Shown here: in pieces, positions 1 to 13,100 of the stretch | How positions within the stretch are numbered: position 1 is the stretch's first letter | How the letters are laid out: each line of letters begins with the position of its first letter | DNA from: Chiloscyllium plagiosum | Lineage: Eukaryota | Reading direction: 5' to 3' | NCBI RefSeq assembly: GCF_004010195.1 | Contig: NC_057720.1 | Span: 15,209,911 to 15,273,910 of the forward strand | Length of the DNA: 64,000 bases | Notes under the pieces: generated by a model | The model's database searches: none | Seen by the model: only the letters and a program-made list of their open reading frames with translations | Told to the model about the DNA's origin: nothing | Made by a program: the position numbers and the translations under genes

Positions 1-436
1 AGACTGGAGCGACTGGGCTTGTATACCCTTGAGTTTAGAAGACTGAGAGGGGATCTGATTGAGACATATAAGATTATTAAAGGATTGAATACTCTGGAGG
101 CAGGAAACATGTTTCAGCTGATGGGTGAGTGCCGAACCAGAGGACACAGCTTAAAAATACGGGGTAGACCATTTAGGACAGCGATGAGGAGAAACTTCTT
201 CACCCAGAGAGTGGTGGCTGTGTGGAATGCTTTGCCCCAGAAGGCAGTGGAGGCCCAGTCTCTGGATTTATTTAAGAAAGAGTTGGATAGAGCTGTCAAG
301 GATAGTGGAATCAAGGGTTATGGAGATAAGGCAGGAACAGGATACTGATTAAGGATAATCAGCTATGATCATATTGAATGGTGGTGAAGGCTCGAAGGGC
401 AGAATGGCCTACTCCTGCACCTATTGTCTATTGTCT
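1..436 (+). mobile_element. CR1 LINE 3' end
   Basis: RRLRGDLIETYKI...RNFFTQRVV..WNALP, then 3' hairpin region and (CTATTGT)n tail. Confidence 0.92.
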
Positions 437-439
437 ATA

Positions 440-690
440 TATGCATCACCCTCTGAGTGAAAAGGTTCCTTTTAGATCCCTTTTAAATCTTTCCCCTCTC
501 ACCTTAAACCTATGCCTCTAGTTTTAGACACCCCTACTCTGGGGAAAAGATCTTGGTTATTCACTTTATCCATGCCCCTCTTGATTTTATAAATCTCTAT
601 AAGGTCATGCCCTCAGCCTCCTACACTTGAAGGCCTATCCAGCCTTTCCTTATAACTCAAATCCTCCAGTAACATACATGTAAATCTTGT
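440..690 (-). mobile_element. CR1 LINE fragment
   Basis: Matches the minus-strand CR1 3' ORF2 at about 2580-2840. Confidence 0.75.
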
Positions 691-1611
691 CTGCTCATAT
701 AGATTGTGTTATAACGTTTAATTGATTTCTTATTTCTATTCTGTGTATGCCTTCATAGTGCATGTAATCTATAATGAATTCCGCATATTTACTTGGTTAT
801 ATATTTAACTATATTTTTTCTTATATTCAATCACCTCCATTTTTCATACAGTGTTTATCATAACCAGTTGATAAATGCAAGCTTTATATGCAACAGTTAG
901 GGAGACTTGAGAGTTAAATCTCCAGATTACCTGGAGGTCAGAGTTTATATTCACATTGTTACAGATTTATGTGCATGATTTTCATTCCCAATATTAGCAA
1001 GAAAATTTCAAAGCCAAATGCTGACACAAGCATTAACAAAACATGGAACAATAGGAGGTTAGTCCGGATTTGCATCCATGCACAAGGTCTGTATATACTG
1101 TTAACAGTCCTTTGTGTACAGAAGGTTTGTTGTCTACCTGTTCTGAAAGATAATGGGCATGCTGTTTTCATGTTAAGTCATTTGCCCCAGTAGGTTTCGA
1201 ACCGAGGTCAATGAATTTGTGAAAAGAATGAATTCAGGCCTTTATTGAATTAGGATGACATATGTGTTTTCTGTTTTATGTCAGACTTCACATTGAGATC
1301 TCTATGTACTGTATACAGTTTTTGACCTTGTGAATTGTATTTAATTTCAGCTTGTCTGGTAAAATGACTAAATAAGATAACTATAATTTCTTGTTTTCTG
1401 AGCACTGTGAAAAATCAATGAAGCATGATTATCATTTGTAGTACATAGCCTTCATAAATCAATCTATCTCCTGGGTAATGCTATTATCTCTTTACTTGGA
1501 AGTCTGTTCTGCATTAGGAATGGTTTGGTGATGGGTAAAATATTCTGAATCTTGCCCAGGACTTATGCTTTATACTCATTCTTAGATTTGCACCTAGAAT
1601 TTAAATTAGAT

Positions 1612-1855
1612 GCTTCACAGTGCCAGGGACCCAGGTTCAATCGTAGCCTTAGGTGACTGTCTGAATAGATTTCCTCCAGATGCTCTGGTTTCCTCCATCA
1701 CTCCAAAGATGTGTAAATGAAGTGATTGGTCATTGTAAATGAGGCGGTTATAGAGTGGGGTGCTGCGTCTCAATGGGATCCTCTTTGGAGAGTCAGTGCA
1801 GACTCGATGAGCCAAATGGCCCCTTTCCGTACTGTAGGGATTCTAGAATTCTAAA
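1612..1855 (+). mobile_element. HE1-type SINE (degenerate)
   Basis: CACAGTGCCAGGGACCCAGGTTCAATC...ACTGTAGGGATTCT. Confidence 0.8.
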
Positions 1856-2367
1856 TAATCAGCTTATGTTTGTGTTATCCATTCCATTCAGCATTATAAG
1901 GCCAAGGTGCATATTCTCTCAACTTTGTTTTCACCAATGAAAATAAGTTTACGTTATGAAATTTCTCTTCCTAAAACTCTGTTTCCTACATTCCTCTAAT
2001 TCTATAGAAATATTCTTGCTCAACTCTAGATCTCCAACATGGCATGTCCTTTTGAAAGTAGTACACTAAGCACTGCGCAATGTTTAGAGTATGACTGTAA
2101 CAATTAAATAAACAAGGTGAGAAGAGCACAACTGAACTCAATTTTTATAACTCTCACCCTTGCTTTCAAATTCCTACCTGTTCTATCTCACCCTCGCTCT
2201 GCAATCTCTTCACATCTCCTAAACCTCTGGTATATTTGTGTTTTACAAATCCAACCCTCATGAGTATCACAGATTTTACACACCTCATTGCTGGTGCTGC
2301 TTAGCTCTTGAATTCCCTCCATTAACTTATCTGCCTCTTTGCTCTTTCCTATGTTAAGACAGGCATA

Positions 2368-3345
2368 CAGTCATCGAGATGTACAGCACAGAAACAGACC
2401 CTTCAGTCCAACTCATTCATGCCATTCAGATATCCTCAATAAATCTAGTCCCATTTGCCAGCATTTAGACCATATCCCTCTAAACCCTTCCTATACATAT
2501 ATATATATACACCCAGATGCATTTTAAACGTTACACTGTACTAGCCTCCACCACTTCCTCTGGTAGCCCATTCCATACTGACCACCCTCTGCTTAAAAAA
2601 GTTGTCCCAATGTCCCTTTTAAATTGTTCCCCTCTGACCTTAAACCTCTGCCCTCTAGTTTTGTATTCCCCCCATTCTGGTGAAAACACTTTGTTTATTT
2701 ATTCTATCCATGCCACTCATGATTTTACAAACCTCTATAAGATCACCCCTCAGCTTCCGATGCTCCAGGGAAAATAGCCCCAGTCTATTCAGCCTCTCCA
2801 TATAGTTCAAGCCCTCCAACCCTGGCAACATCCTTGTAAATCTTTTCTGAACCCTTTGAAGTTTCACAACATCCTTCCAATAGCAGGGAGACCAGAATTG
2901 CACGCAGTATTCAAAAAGTGGCTCAACCAATGTCCTGCACAGCCACAACATGACTCTCAACTCCTATAGTCAATGCACTGACCAATAAAAGCAAACATAT
3001 GAAACACCTTTTTTCTCTGTCCTATGTACCTGTGACTCTACTTTCAAGGAACTATGAACCTGCACTCCAAGGTCTCTTTGTTCAGCAACACTTCCCATGA
3101 TCTTACCATTAAGTATACAAGTCCTGTCCTGATTTGCCTTTCCAAAATGCAGCACCTCATATTTATCTAAATTAAACTCCATCTGCCACGCCTCACCCCA
3201 TTGGCCCATCTGATCAAGATCCCACTGTATTCTGAGGTAACCTTCTTTACTGTCCACTACACCTCCAATTTTGGTGTCATCTGAAAACTTACTAACCATA
3301 CCTCCTACGTTCACATCTAAATCATTTATATAAATGACAAAAATC
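2368..3345 (-). mobile_element. 5'-truncated CR1 LINE
   Basis: IYINDLD..SKFSDDTKIGG, EYCVQFWSP, LRGDLIEV; CR1 3' tail at about 2370-2470. Confidence 0.93.
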
Positions 3346-3559
3346 ATCCTTAAAACCTGCCTTTTTGGATAAGACTTTTGTCATTTTCCTTAATATCTCC
3401 ATAAATAGTTCAATGTGAAATTTTGTTTGATACCACATCAATGAATTTTCTTGGGTTGTTTTGTCTGTTAAAGATGCTATGTAAATACACATTGCTGTAA
3501 TGAAATGTTGGATGACATTGATTTATGTAACTAGCAATATCTTTTTGTTCCTTTTAGGT

Positions 3560-3697
3560 ATGTTTTCAGTGGTTGAGCTGAAATATTTTGGAGACCAGAG
3601 AACTACATTTAAAATCTTAAAACCATGGTGGGATGTTTTCACAGATTATTTAACTATTATGATGCTTATGGTAGCAGTTTTTGGTGGGACATTGCAG
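3560..3697 (+). CDS. LRRC8: LRRC8 (VRAC/SWELL) family subunit, coding exon 1 (46 codons)
   Basis: Translates [46 protein letters not shown], the hallmark LRRC8 N-terminus/TM1 (KPWWDVF). Polypyrimidine tract + AG at 3556-3557 precedes it; donor CAG|GTAACA follows 3697; 138 nt, phase 0. Confidence 0.93.
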
Positions 3698-4832
3698 GTA
3701 ACACATTGTTTGTATTGGCACATATGTATATAATGTAGGATTTGTGTTGTTCCACTTTATCTGGTTGATTAAATGTCCATTCCAACCAGATTCTTTCTGT
3801 AATGATGTTTCACACAAAATGCCAGGTTTCAAAATAATTTTATAAATTTTTACCTGCAGAGTGTTTGAAAAGCCTTAAACAATGAAAAAAGTGGCATGTG
3901 CCTATCATAAGTGAGTAATTTATCTAAATCTGCTACAACAATACTTAATTTAAATAACCATTTTAACTAAGCTATAGTGGGCATTCATTTTAATGCATAT
4001 AGTCTGGGAGATTAACCTTGTGTACATTAACTGATTGTCTGATTTGTTTTTTTAAATGTGGATTTAAATACTTGATATTAATTATTTTTGAGTTCATGAG
4101 GCATTATAAAACAAGAGACTGGAATTAAGGATTCAGTTCCAACCCTGTCTGCTTTGTGTAATCTACAAATTGTTCTTATCTTTATTTGTTTCAATAAAAT
4201 GTAAAATCAGTCAATATTTGTAAATGTAACACAGTTGATACATTTATTTACAGACTACTTCAACTCTATCATTTGAGGATAACATTATCACATGATTTTC
4301 ACAATGATACAGCATAAACAGCAATAGATACTGGGAGCAGTTGGATTGATTTTGATTACTACCATGTATTACATGTCTTAAGCATAATACCATTAGTTCT
4401 ATAGTGTTTAATGTATTCACAGCATCACTGTCCCTTTCTCACAAACCAAGAAAGAGGCTAGATACTCTGAAATGTGTATTATATGTGTATTAAATTGAGG
4501 CTAAATCCACCAAAATGTTCAGAATTCTTTGTGGTCCAAGAAAATGGGCACTCAGGTGAGGAAAGAAGGCATAGGGTAAAGTACAAGGTTGCAAAGGACA
4601 GGATCTCAAAAAAGGAGCTACCACCACATGAGCCATCTTAACAAGTGAAGCTAGTCAAGAAATACTAGAAAACCTGTTATAAACTAGATTCCTGACTTTG
4701 TGACCTAGAAAGCGAATAATCAAATTAGATTGTAGTTGTCACTCCGGTTTTAAGAGACTTAAAAAATAGTACAAGGCATAGCAAGTATGTTAATGGAGAA
4801 TGATCAAATATGTTTGCTATATTTTTTTTTAA

Positions 4833-5145
4833 GATTAGATTCCCTACAGTGTGGAAACAGGCCCTTCGGCCCAACCAGTCCACACCGACCCTCCGAAGAG
4901 TAACCCACCCAGACCCACTTCCCTCTGACTAATGTACCTAACACTATGGGCAGTTTAGCGTGGCCAATTCACCTGGCCTGCACATCTTTGGACTGTGGGA
5001 GGAAACCGGAGCACCCGGAGGAAACCCAAGCAGACACGGGGAGAATGTGCAAACTCCACACAGACAGTCGCCCGAGGCTGGAATTGAACCTGGAACCCTG
5101 CTGCTGTGAGGCAGCAGGGCTAACCACTGAGCCACCATGCCACCC
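4833..5145 (-). mobile_element. HE1-type tRNA-derived SINE
   Basis: Minus strand GGCATGGTGGCTCAGTGGTTAGC (A box) ... GGTTCAATTCC (B box); CR1-like 3' tail CCACACTGTAGGGAATCTAATC. Confidence 0.9.
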
Positions 5146-6454
5146 CAAAACCCATTTTATCAAACAAAATATTTTGAACAGTTGGGAAGATAAACAGTGT
5201 TCCTAGTAAGCAATCTTCAAAAGAAAATCTTGCTGCAAACGTACCCTAAGATTTGGTCATTTTAAGAATCCCTGTATGTAGGGAAGTGATAAGACTCATG
5301 GAAAGGCCCCTGTGCATGTGCAGACGCAAGCCATAACATCAGCTGACTGTGGCAGACTGCAAAATCATCTGTCCTTCCTGGGTCAGTAACACTCCATTCT
5401 GATCAGGGCAATCACCTTTTCAGTAGCCTGGTGTGTTGGTTGATCATGAATTGCCACCAACATTTGACACTTGAGGTTGTCAGGAAGGCTGAGTTGCTTT
5501 ACCTCTCTCTCCTTGTCATGAACCAGTTGGTAGAGGACTTATCCTTCTCCGTGATCCTTTTCAAGAATCTCAGCAGTTTTTATCCCTGTTTGGACTTCCG
5601 CATCAGCTGTTGTGCTGGATTTTGGTATTTCAGTAATGTGATAATTTGGTGCACCGACCTCTACAATGCTGAAGCCAGGCACCAACTCATACACGCCTCC
5701 TCCTACTGCGTCCTTGACCGTGATCTCACCTTCCATCACCAAACCATCATCTCCCAGACCATCCACAACCTCATCACCTCTGGGGTTCTCTCATTCACAG
5801 CCCCCAACCTCATCAACCGAGAACCCTGCACTGTCTGATTCTACCTCCTACCGAAGATTCACAAACCTGAGTGTCCCGGTCAGCCCATTATCTCAGCCTG
5901 CTCCTGTCCCACCGAACTCATTCTGCATACCTTGACACTAAGCTGTCCCTCTTAGTCCATGAACTTCCCATCTCCGTTCGGTCAGGACACCACCCTCGCA
6001 CTTCAGCTCCTCCAAGACATTCTCCGTTCGGTCAGGACACCACCCTCGCACTTCAGCTCCTCCAAGACATCCATTTCCTTGGCCCCCTCCGCCTTATCTT
6101 CACCATGGACATCCAGTCACTGTACACATCTGTCCACCACGACAAATTCCTCCAACCCCTCCGTTACATCCTCTCACGCCATCCCAACCGGTACTCTTCC
6201 AGTGACACACTCATTCGACTGGCTGAACTGGTCTTTACCCTCAACAACTTCTCCTTCTAATCCTTCCACTTTCTCCAAACCAAAGGGGTAGCCATGGGCA
6301 CCCACATGGACCCTAGCTACGCCTGTTCTTTATCGGGTATGTGGAACAGTCCATCTTCCACAGTTACACTGGCACCATCCTCCACCTTTTCCTCTGCTAC
6401 ATCGATGACTGTAACACCGCTACCTCGTGCTCCCATGAGGAGGTTGAACAGTTC

Positions 6455-6584
6455 CTGAAGAAGAAGGGCCTGTGCCCGAAACGTCGAATCTCCTGTTCCC
6501 TGGATGCTGCCTGACCTGCTGTGCTGTTCCAGCAATAAAGTTTCAACTTTGATCTCCAGCATCTGCAGACCTCACTTTCTCCTC
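6455..6584 (+). mobile_element. 130-bp family-A Penelope terminal mini-element inserted into the Penelope RT
   Basis: 15-bp TSD GAGGTTGAACAGTTC at 6440-6454 and 6585-6599; begins with CTGAAGA..GGGCCTGTGCCCGAAACGTC. Confidence 0.85.
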
Positions 6585-7768
6585 GAGGTTGAACAGTTCA
6601 TCAACTTCACTAACACCTTTCATCTCAACCGCAAATCCACCTGCACCATCTCGGACACCTCCCTCCCCTTCATGGACATCTCCATCTCCGACAACGGATT
6701 AACCATGGATATCTACTACAAACCCACCAACTCCCTCGGCTACCTGGTCTATACCTCCTCCCATCCCGCTTCCTGTAAAACACCATCCCTTATTCCCAAT
6801 TCCTCGGCCTCTGCCAAGGAAGACCAATTTCACGTTAGAGCATCTCAGGTGGCCTCCTTTTCCAAAGACCGCAATTTCCCTTCCCATGTGGTCAACAATG
6901 CCCTTCAGCGCATCTCCTCCTCTGCCCTTGAACACCACTCCTCCCAAAGTAACAAGGGCAGGACACCCTGGTCCTCAACTTCCACCCCACTAACCTCCAT
7001 TGCATCATCTCCATTACTTCCACCACCTACAAACGGACCCCACCACAAGGGATATATTTCCCTCCTCACCTCTATCAGCGTTTCGGAGAGACCATTCCCT
7101 CCGCTACTCCCTTGTTGGATCCAAGCCCACCCACTATCACTCACCCCACTCCCGGCACCTTCCCATGCCACCTCAAGAAGTACAAAACCTGCGCCCACAC
7201 CTCCCCCCTCACCGCCATCCAAGGCCCCAAAGGATCCTTCCACATCCATCAGAAATTAACTGTACCTCTACCAATGTCATCTACTGTATTCGTTGCATTC
7301 TATGTGGTCCCCTATACATTGGGGAGACAGGACACCAACTTGCGGATCATTTCAGAGAACATCTCTGGGACACCCGCACCAACCAACCCCACCACTCCGT
7401 GGCTGAACACTTTCACTCCCCCTCCCACTCCACCTGGACATGCAGATCCTGGGCCTCCTCCATCGCCAAACCCTAACCAGCCACCGCTTGGAGGAAGACC
7501 GCCTCTTCATCTGCCTTGGGACCCTGCAACCACAAGTGATTGATGTGGATTTCACCAGTTTCCTCATTTCTCCTCTTCCCACCTTATCCCAGTCCCAAGC
7601 TTCCAACTCTGCACTGCCCTCTTAACCTGTCCATCATTCTTCCCATCCATCCTCTCTACCCTCCCCTCCTATCTATCACCTACCTTCATCTATTTATCAC
7701 ATTCTCAGTTGACTTCCTCCCAGCCCCAACCCCTCCCATTTATCTCTCAGCCCTGGCCCACAATCCTC

Positions 7769-7804
7769 ATTCCTGATGAAGAGCTTATGCCCGAAATGTC
7801 GATT
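7769..7804 (+). ncRNA. Minimal hammerhead motif at Penelope 3' end (slightly degenerate)
   Basis: ATTC-CTGATGA-A-GAGC-TTAT-GCCC-GAAAT-GTC-GATT. Confidence 0.6.
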
Positions 7805-8747
7805 CTCCTGCTCCTTCAATGCTGCCCGACCTGCTGTGCTTTTCCAGCACCACACTCCTGACTATTTCAGTCATGCTGTGATTCAACATCAGCAGACAAA
7901 TCAGCCGAAGCTGTCAGTGATAATCTCAAAAGGTCCATGGAGAATCACTAATTAATCTCTCTGTGAAGAGAGTTGAGAATGAATGCCCTTGGATAACAGG
8001 CAAAGGCCTGTCCATGAACTGGGCCTTTTATAAAGTAGAGGCAGGGATGGGTCTACAGAACTATCTGTCCTGGGCTGAGACTAGCCTAGAGTAGTGGCTC
8101 TATTCTGGTGTTCAATAATAAATTATGTTCCTTTCAAGTCAGGCTTCCTGAGTTAGTACACCATTGGAGGACCTCTTTTGAGATGAAATCTACTTGTCTA
8201 GATTTGGTTTGGATTTCATTCAAAAGTGAATCAGTGGCACTGTGCCGAATCTTATTCCACAGTAGGGAATCAGGGTTGCAATGTTGCCTTTGAATTGGGC
8301 CTGTGATTGGCATGAGACATAGTCTGTCCTTCTTTGATCAATCTCTGAATAAGGGCATCAAAATTAGTTTTGTCTCTCCTGTACTGAACCTGCAACTGAA
8401 TTGAGGATGTTTATTGGCCCATTGAGTCTCTGATTCTAGCTTGGCGGATGTTAGTAAACACTGCAAACTCTGCACCTATCAGAAAGTCTCTGAATTTCTG
8501 GGAGGTTACCCACATTAAAGCTAGCAATTTATGTTTCATATTAGACTGATTCTCCATATTCTTATTTAACTTGAGACTCCGACTGGCATACCACTACAAC
8601 CTCTTTTCTGCTGTTCAACATATGATATTGCTGCTCCTTGGCCAAGAAGAATTGACATTGGGTTTACAATAAAGGAGATAGATATCTGGTAGCTAAGGAC
8701 AAGTGATGAGACAATCCTACTTGAGAGTGTAGGAGATGTTTCACATA

Positions 8748-9960
8748 GAGTCATGGAGATGTACAGCATGTAAACAGACCCTTCGGTCTAACCCGTCCAT
8801 GCTGACCAGAAATCCCAATCCAATCTAGTTCCACCTGCCAGCACCCGGCCCATATCCCTCCAAACCCTTCCTATTCATATTCCCATCCAAATGCCTCTTA
8901 AATGTTGCAATTGTACCAGCCTCCACCACNNNNNNNNNNNNNNNNNNNNNNNNNNNNNNNNNNNNNNNNNNNNNNNNNNNNNNNNNNNNNNNNNNNNNNN
9001 NNNNNNNNNNNNNNNNNNNNNNNNNNNNNNNNNNNNNNNNNNNNNNNNNNNNNNNNNNNNNNNNNNNNNNNNNNNNNNNNNNNNNNNNNNNNNNNNNNNN
9101 NNNNNNNNNNNNNNNNNNNNNNNNNNNNNNNNNNNNNNNNNNNNNNNNNNNNNNNNNNNNNNNNNNNNNNNNNNNNNNNNNNNNNNNNNNNNNNNNNNNN
9201 NNNNNNNNNNNNNNNNNNNNNNNNNNNNNNNNNNNNNNNNNNNNNNNNNNNNNNNNNNNNNNNNNNNNNNNNNNNNNNNNNNNNNNNNNNNNNNNNNNNN
9301 NNNNNNNNNNNNNNNNNNNNNNNNNNNNNNNNNNNNNNNNNNNNNNNNNNNNNNNNNNNNNNNNNNNNNNNNNNNNNNNNNNNNNNNNNNNNNNNNNNNN
9401 NNNNNNNNNNNNNNNNNNNNNNNNNNNNNNNNNNNNNNNNNNNNNNNNNNNNNNNNNNNNNNNNNNNNNNNNNNNNNNNNNNNNNNNNNNNNNNNNNNNN
9501 NCTCTGTCTTCTACCTTTGAGTCAGTTCTGTATCCAAATGGCTAGTTCTCCCTGTATTCCATGAGATCTAACCTTGCTAATCAGTCTCCCATGGGCAACC
9601 TTGTTGAACGCCTTACTGAAGTCCATATATCACATCTATTGCTCTGCCCTCATTAATCGTCTTTGTTACTTCATCAAAAAACTCAATCAAGTTTGTGAAA
9701 CATGATTTCCCACGCACAAAGCCATGTTGACTATCCCGAATCAGTCCTTGCCTTTCCAAATACTTGTACATCCTGTCCCTCAGGATTCCCTCCAACAACT
9801 TGCCCACCACTGATGTCAGGCTCACTGGTCTATAGTTCCCTGGCTTGTGCTTACCATCCTTCTTAAACAGTGGCACCACGTTAGCCAACCTCCAGTCTTC
9901 CGGCTCCTCACCTGTGACTAATGATGATACAAATATCTCAACAAGAGGCCCAGCAATCAC
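8748..9960 (-). mobile_element. CR1 LINE (gap inside)
   Basis: EDWRLANVVPLFKK..NYRPVSLTSVVGKLLE; 3' tail at 8748-8860. Confidence 0.92.
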
Positions 9961-10164
9961 TTCTCGGATTCAACTCCCAAGATTAGCTTAGATGAACAAT
10001 GGTTTAATGAACAGGAAAATAAAACAGAGCCTGGACCTCATCTACTTGTCCACTTTTGCTTTTTGTTTCGCTCTGCTATTTTAATGCTTGCGGTTACTGA
10101 GTTATTATCATGATTCATTTTACCTTCTTGTAACGGCTTCAGTAGAAAGCTTCTGCCAGCTCAG

Positions 10165-10722
10165 TGTTATGGACCAGGCCAAACCCCCTCAAAGTATATT
10201 AAGAAGATAGCCTAGACCTAATGTCCTCTTATTTTAAAAGTAAAAATACAGACCAAATTAAAATAAAAGAAAGGAATTGACTAAACTGGCACTCTATTGA
10301 AATGCTGAACAAAATAATATATTAACTACTACGAATTGACAGTTCCAATATAGTAACATCCAATAAACATACCCTTGGCAAAAGCAAATTCAGCAAAATA
10401 GATTGTCTCATATGCAATTCTAGCAGCAGGAAGAGAACCCCAGCATTTAGCTTTAAGAGAGAGAGGAATAAAAGCTTCTATATTCAGCTTCAAGACTCCA
10501 GCAACTTCCGAAAGCTAAAACTAAAAATACTATTCTATAGGAGCTTGACCCCACCCATTCAGGCTGCTTCTATTGTTCCAACCTTTTTTTAAAAAACCTC
10601 ACAAAAGGCCGCACAAGCTGTTTACTTAATTGGCTTTGTGCAGACCACTCATTGCCTCTGTCCCAACATTTCTTCATTTAAAAGAAGGACAGAATACCCC
10701 TCTGAAAACCATAGTGTCATCA
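10165..10722. mobile_element. Possible solo LTR
   Basis: Begins TGTTATGG, ends GTCATCA, composition similar to the 36560 LTR; no TSD found. Confidence 0.4.
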
Positions 10723-11574
10723 AAGCAACGAGGTGGCTTCTAGCGACCCAGCATGGCATACTTGGCCCAGCCCGGCGGTCTCCCAGTGTGGCGGTTTTGT
10801 CCTAGTGTGGAGGTCTCGTCCCTGTTGGTCTTCTTTGGTGTCAGCTTCCAAGTTTTCCAGCAGCCCGGGCAACCTTTTGTCTTGGGGAGGTGGTCTCAGC
10901 CCGGTATGGCGGTCTTCTTTGGTAGACTCTTCTGACCCCGTATTCCAGCAGCCCGACAGGAGGTCTTGTGCCAGCATAGCGTTCTCATCCTGGAATGGCA
11001 TCTCTGGGTGTTTCATCGTTTCTTGATTGGCTTTTCCCAAGCCCAGAAGCCATTAATTGAACTGGGATGAGCTTTTTCTTAAGTTTTTTTTATTATATAT
11101 AACTTCCACAATTAATATTGGTGTCATGGAGGGTGACTATTACTATTTTTCATGTAAAAGTACATGTGACAATAAATTTCTAATCTGTTCTAATTCTATG
11201 TGAACAGTTCTAGGGTCCCTCCAGCTGATATGCCTTGAGTGCACAGAGCAAGGTCAAAGACACTGAAGCACTATCTGAAAACCTTGTAGTGTCCTGCTTA
11301 GAGCAATCACCACACATTCTTCCCAAGGACTGCTGGAGTACAAAATCATAGAATTGTTGGAGTGCAGAAGGAGGCCATCAGCCCATTGTATCTGTGCCAA
11401 CTTTCTTGACCTGGTGCAAACACTTGACTTTTCCCCATAACCCTGCAAGTTGTTTCTGTTTAAATAATCATCCAGTCCTCTCTTGAATGCCTCAGTTGAA
11501 CCTGCTACCACTATACTTGCAGGTAGCACATTCCAAACCCAGAACCACTCGCTTTGTGTAAAACCTTTATCCCC

Positions 11575-13100
11575 ACTTCACATTTGCTTCTTTTGCAAAC
11601 TGCCATCTGGATATGTCTTAACATATTTAACCTCAACATCATGGATAGTTTTGACTTCCTGCTTTGACTTCCTTATGTCCACTGGAGTATTGATTGGATC
11701 ATGAACTAACAGAAACCCCAGGGAGTGAAAAGTGTGATTGAGGACAGATATGGAGAGCTTGATGTCACCATGGTAGTGAATGTCTGATCCACATGAAGCA
11801 CAGACCTGGATGACTAAAGGGACATCAGAGTTGAAAGTGTGGTGCTGGAAAAACACAGCTGGTCAGGCAGCATCCGAAGAGCAGGACAATTTATGTTTCG
11901 GGCAGCAGCCCTTCATCAGGAATGAGGCTGTTCCTAATGAAGGGCTGATGCCTGAAACGTCGATTCTTCTGCTCCTCAGATACTGCCTGACCTGCTGTGC
12001 TTTTCCAGCACTACATTTTTGACTCTGATCTCCAGCAACTGCAGTCCTCATTTTCTCCTAAAGGAACATCAATCAGTTCACAGCCTCAGCAAAATGCTCA
12101 CAAAAAATACTGCTTGTTAACGATTGACATCTTCAATCCTGTGTCAATTTGGCACAGTGCTTCTACCTTGCCAAATTTCACATTCACTGTAGGGCAAGTC
12201 TTTATTTCTGTACATAAGACTGAACCTTTTCCTGAAGGAACCTTGTCCAAATTCACACCTGGCTCTTCGGGGAAGGCCAAGTAGTTTAATGTCTGTTGAG
12301 AAGGTAAGGCCTTTGCAATAATGGCATTGATAGTTGTGGTTGTTGCAAGAAGTCTTTTTCGAAGTTCCCATCTCTGTCAAAATTCAAGCACCTCTTTGGA
12401 GCAAGGACTAGTTCTGCCCTTGTTGTGGTACAATCTGCCTTGCCTGTCTCTTCAGCCAAAGGTCTACATCCCAGTCAATGCTGACAGTCATCTCCTTGAT
12501 CGTAGCTTCTTTTCTGGTCTTGTATGTCCAATTTCTTCCTGTGATCCTCTGCCCAGCATTCCCTGAGCTTTCCTATACAGATGATCCATTGCAAACATAC
12601 CTATTTGCTTATGTTAAGGCTCCAGCACACCATGCCAGCATTGTATCCTCAATCCAGTCTTCAAACGTGGGTCATCAGGTTCTCCTGATCTCCCCTCAAA
12701 TCAGCCCAGTTTCCTACTCATTAGCAAGTGAAATATACAAACAGGTATGCTGCATCCTTTCTTTGTAGTATTAAGGAATGTATCCAGAAGCCTCTGTCTG
12801 GATTTTTCTAAAGGGCCAATTTCCCTTTGGCAATCCTTGCGTCTCCAATGATACTAAAGCAACTTCAGCCTCCCTCATGGACATTGCCAGTTTCAACTTT
12901 TGAATCATCTACTCTGTTTTGGCCAGGCACCTTACAACCTGTTTGCCATAATTTGATTCATGTACTGTAGAATACAGCCAACTACATCAGAAATAAAACA
13001 TGAGAATTTGAGTATACCGACAATTCAAGGATAACGAAGCAAGGAGTCTTTATTCCACTGGCATCAGATCATCACAAACATTAAGGAAAATTAATGTTTA
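11575..13100 (-). mobile_element. Degenerate Gypsy/Ty3-like gag-protease remnant (boundaries approximate)
   Basis: TCPTVNVKFGKVEALCQIDTGLKMSIV resembles a retrotransposon aspartic protease (DTG); many stops. Confidence 0.55.
11828..12058. mobile_element. Family-A fold-back Penelope mini-element
   Basis: Inverted arms around about 11925; near-TSD TAAAGG(G/A)ACATCA at 11815-11827 and 12059-12071; degenerate hammerhead motifs in both arms. Confidence 0.85.

Larger units (their letters stand above)
5640..7865 (+). mobile_element. Degenerate Penelope-like retroelement (RT + GIY-YIG endonuclease), family A
   Basis: Frameshifted RT motifs (IFTMDIQSLYTSV, GVAMG, YIDD, DIYYKPT) and GIY-YIG (NVIYCIRC...LYIGETG...HFREH); 3' end carries a hammerhead motif at 7769-7804. 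Confidence 0.9.

Noticed and set aside
4833..5145. tRNA genes at A/B-box motifs
   Set aside because: These are heads of multi-copy SINEs followed by SINE body and LINE-like tail.
10720..11040. GC-richer segment with overlapping ORFs and an internal degenerate repeat
   Set aside because: No recognisable domain or splice context; probably a decayed retroelement piece that I cannot classify.
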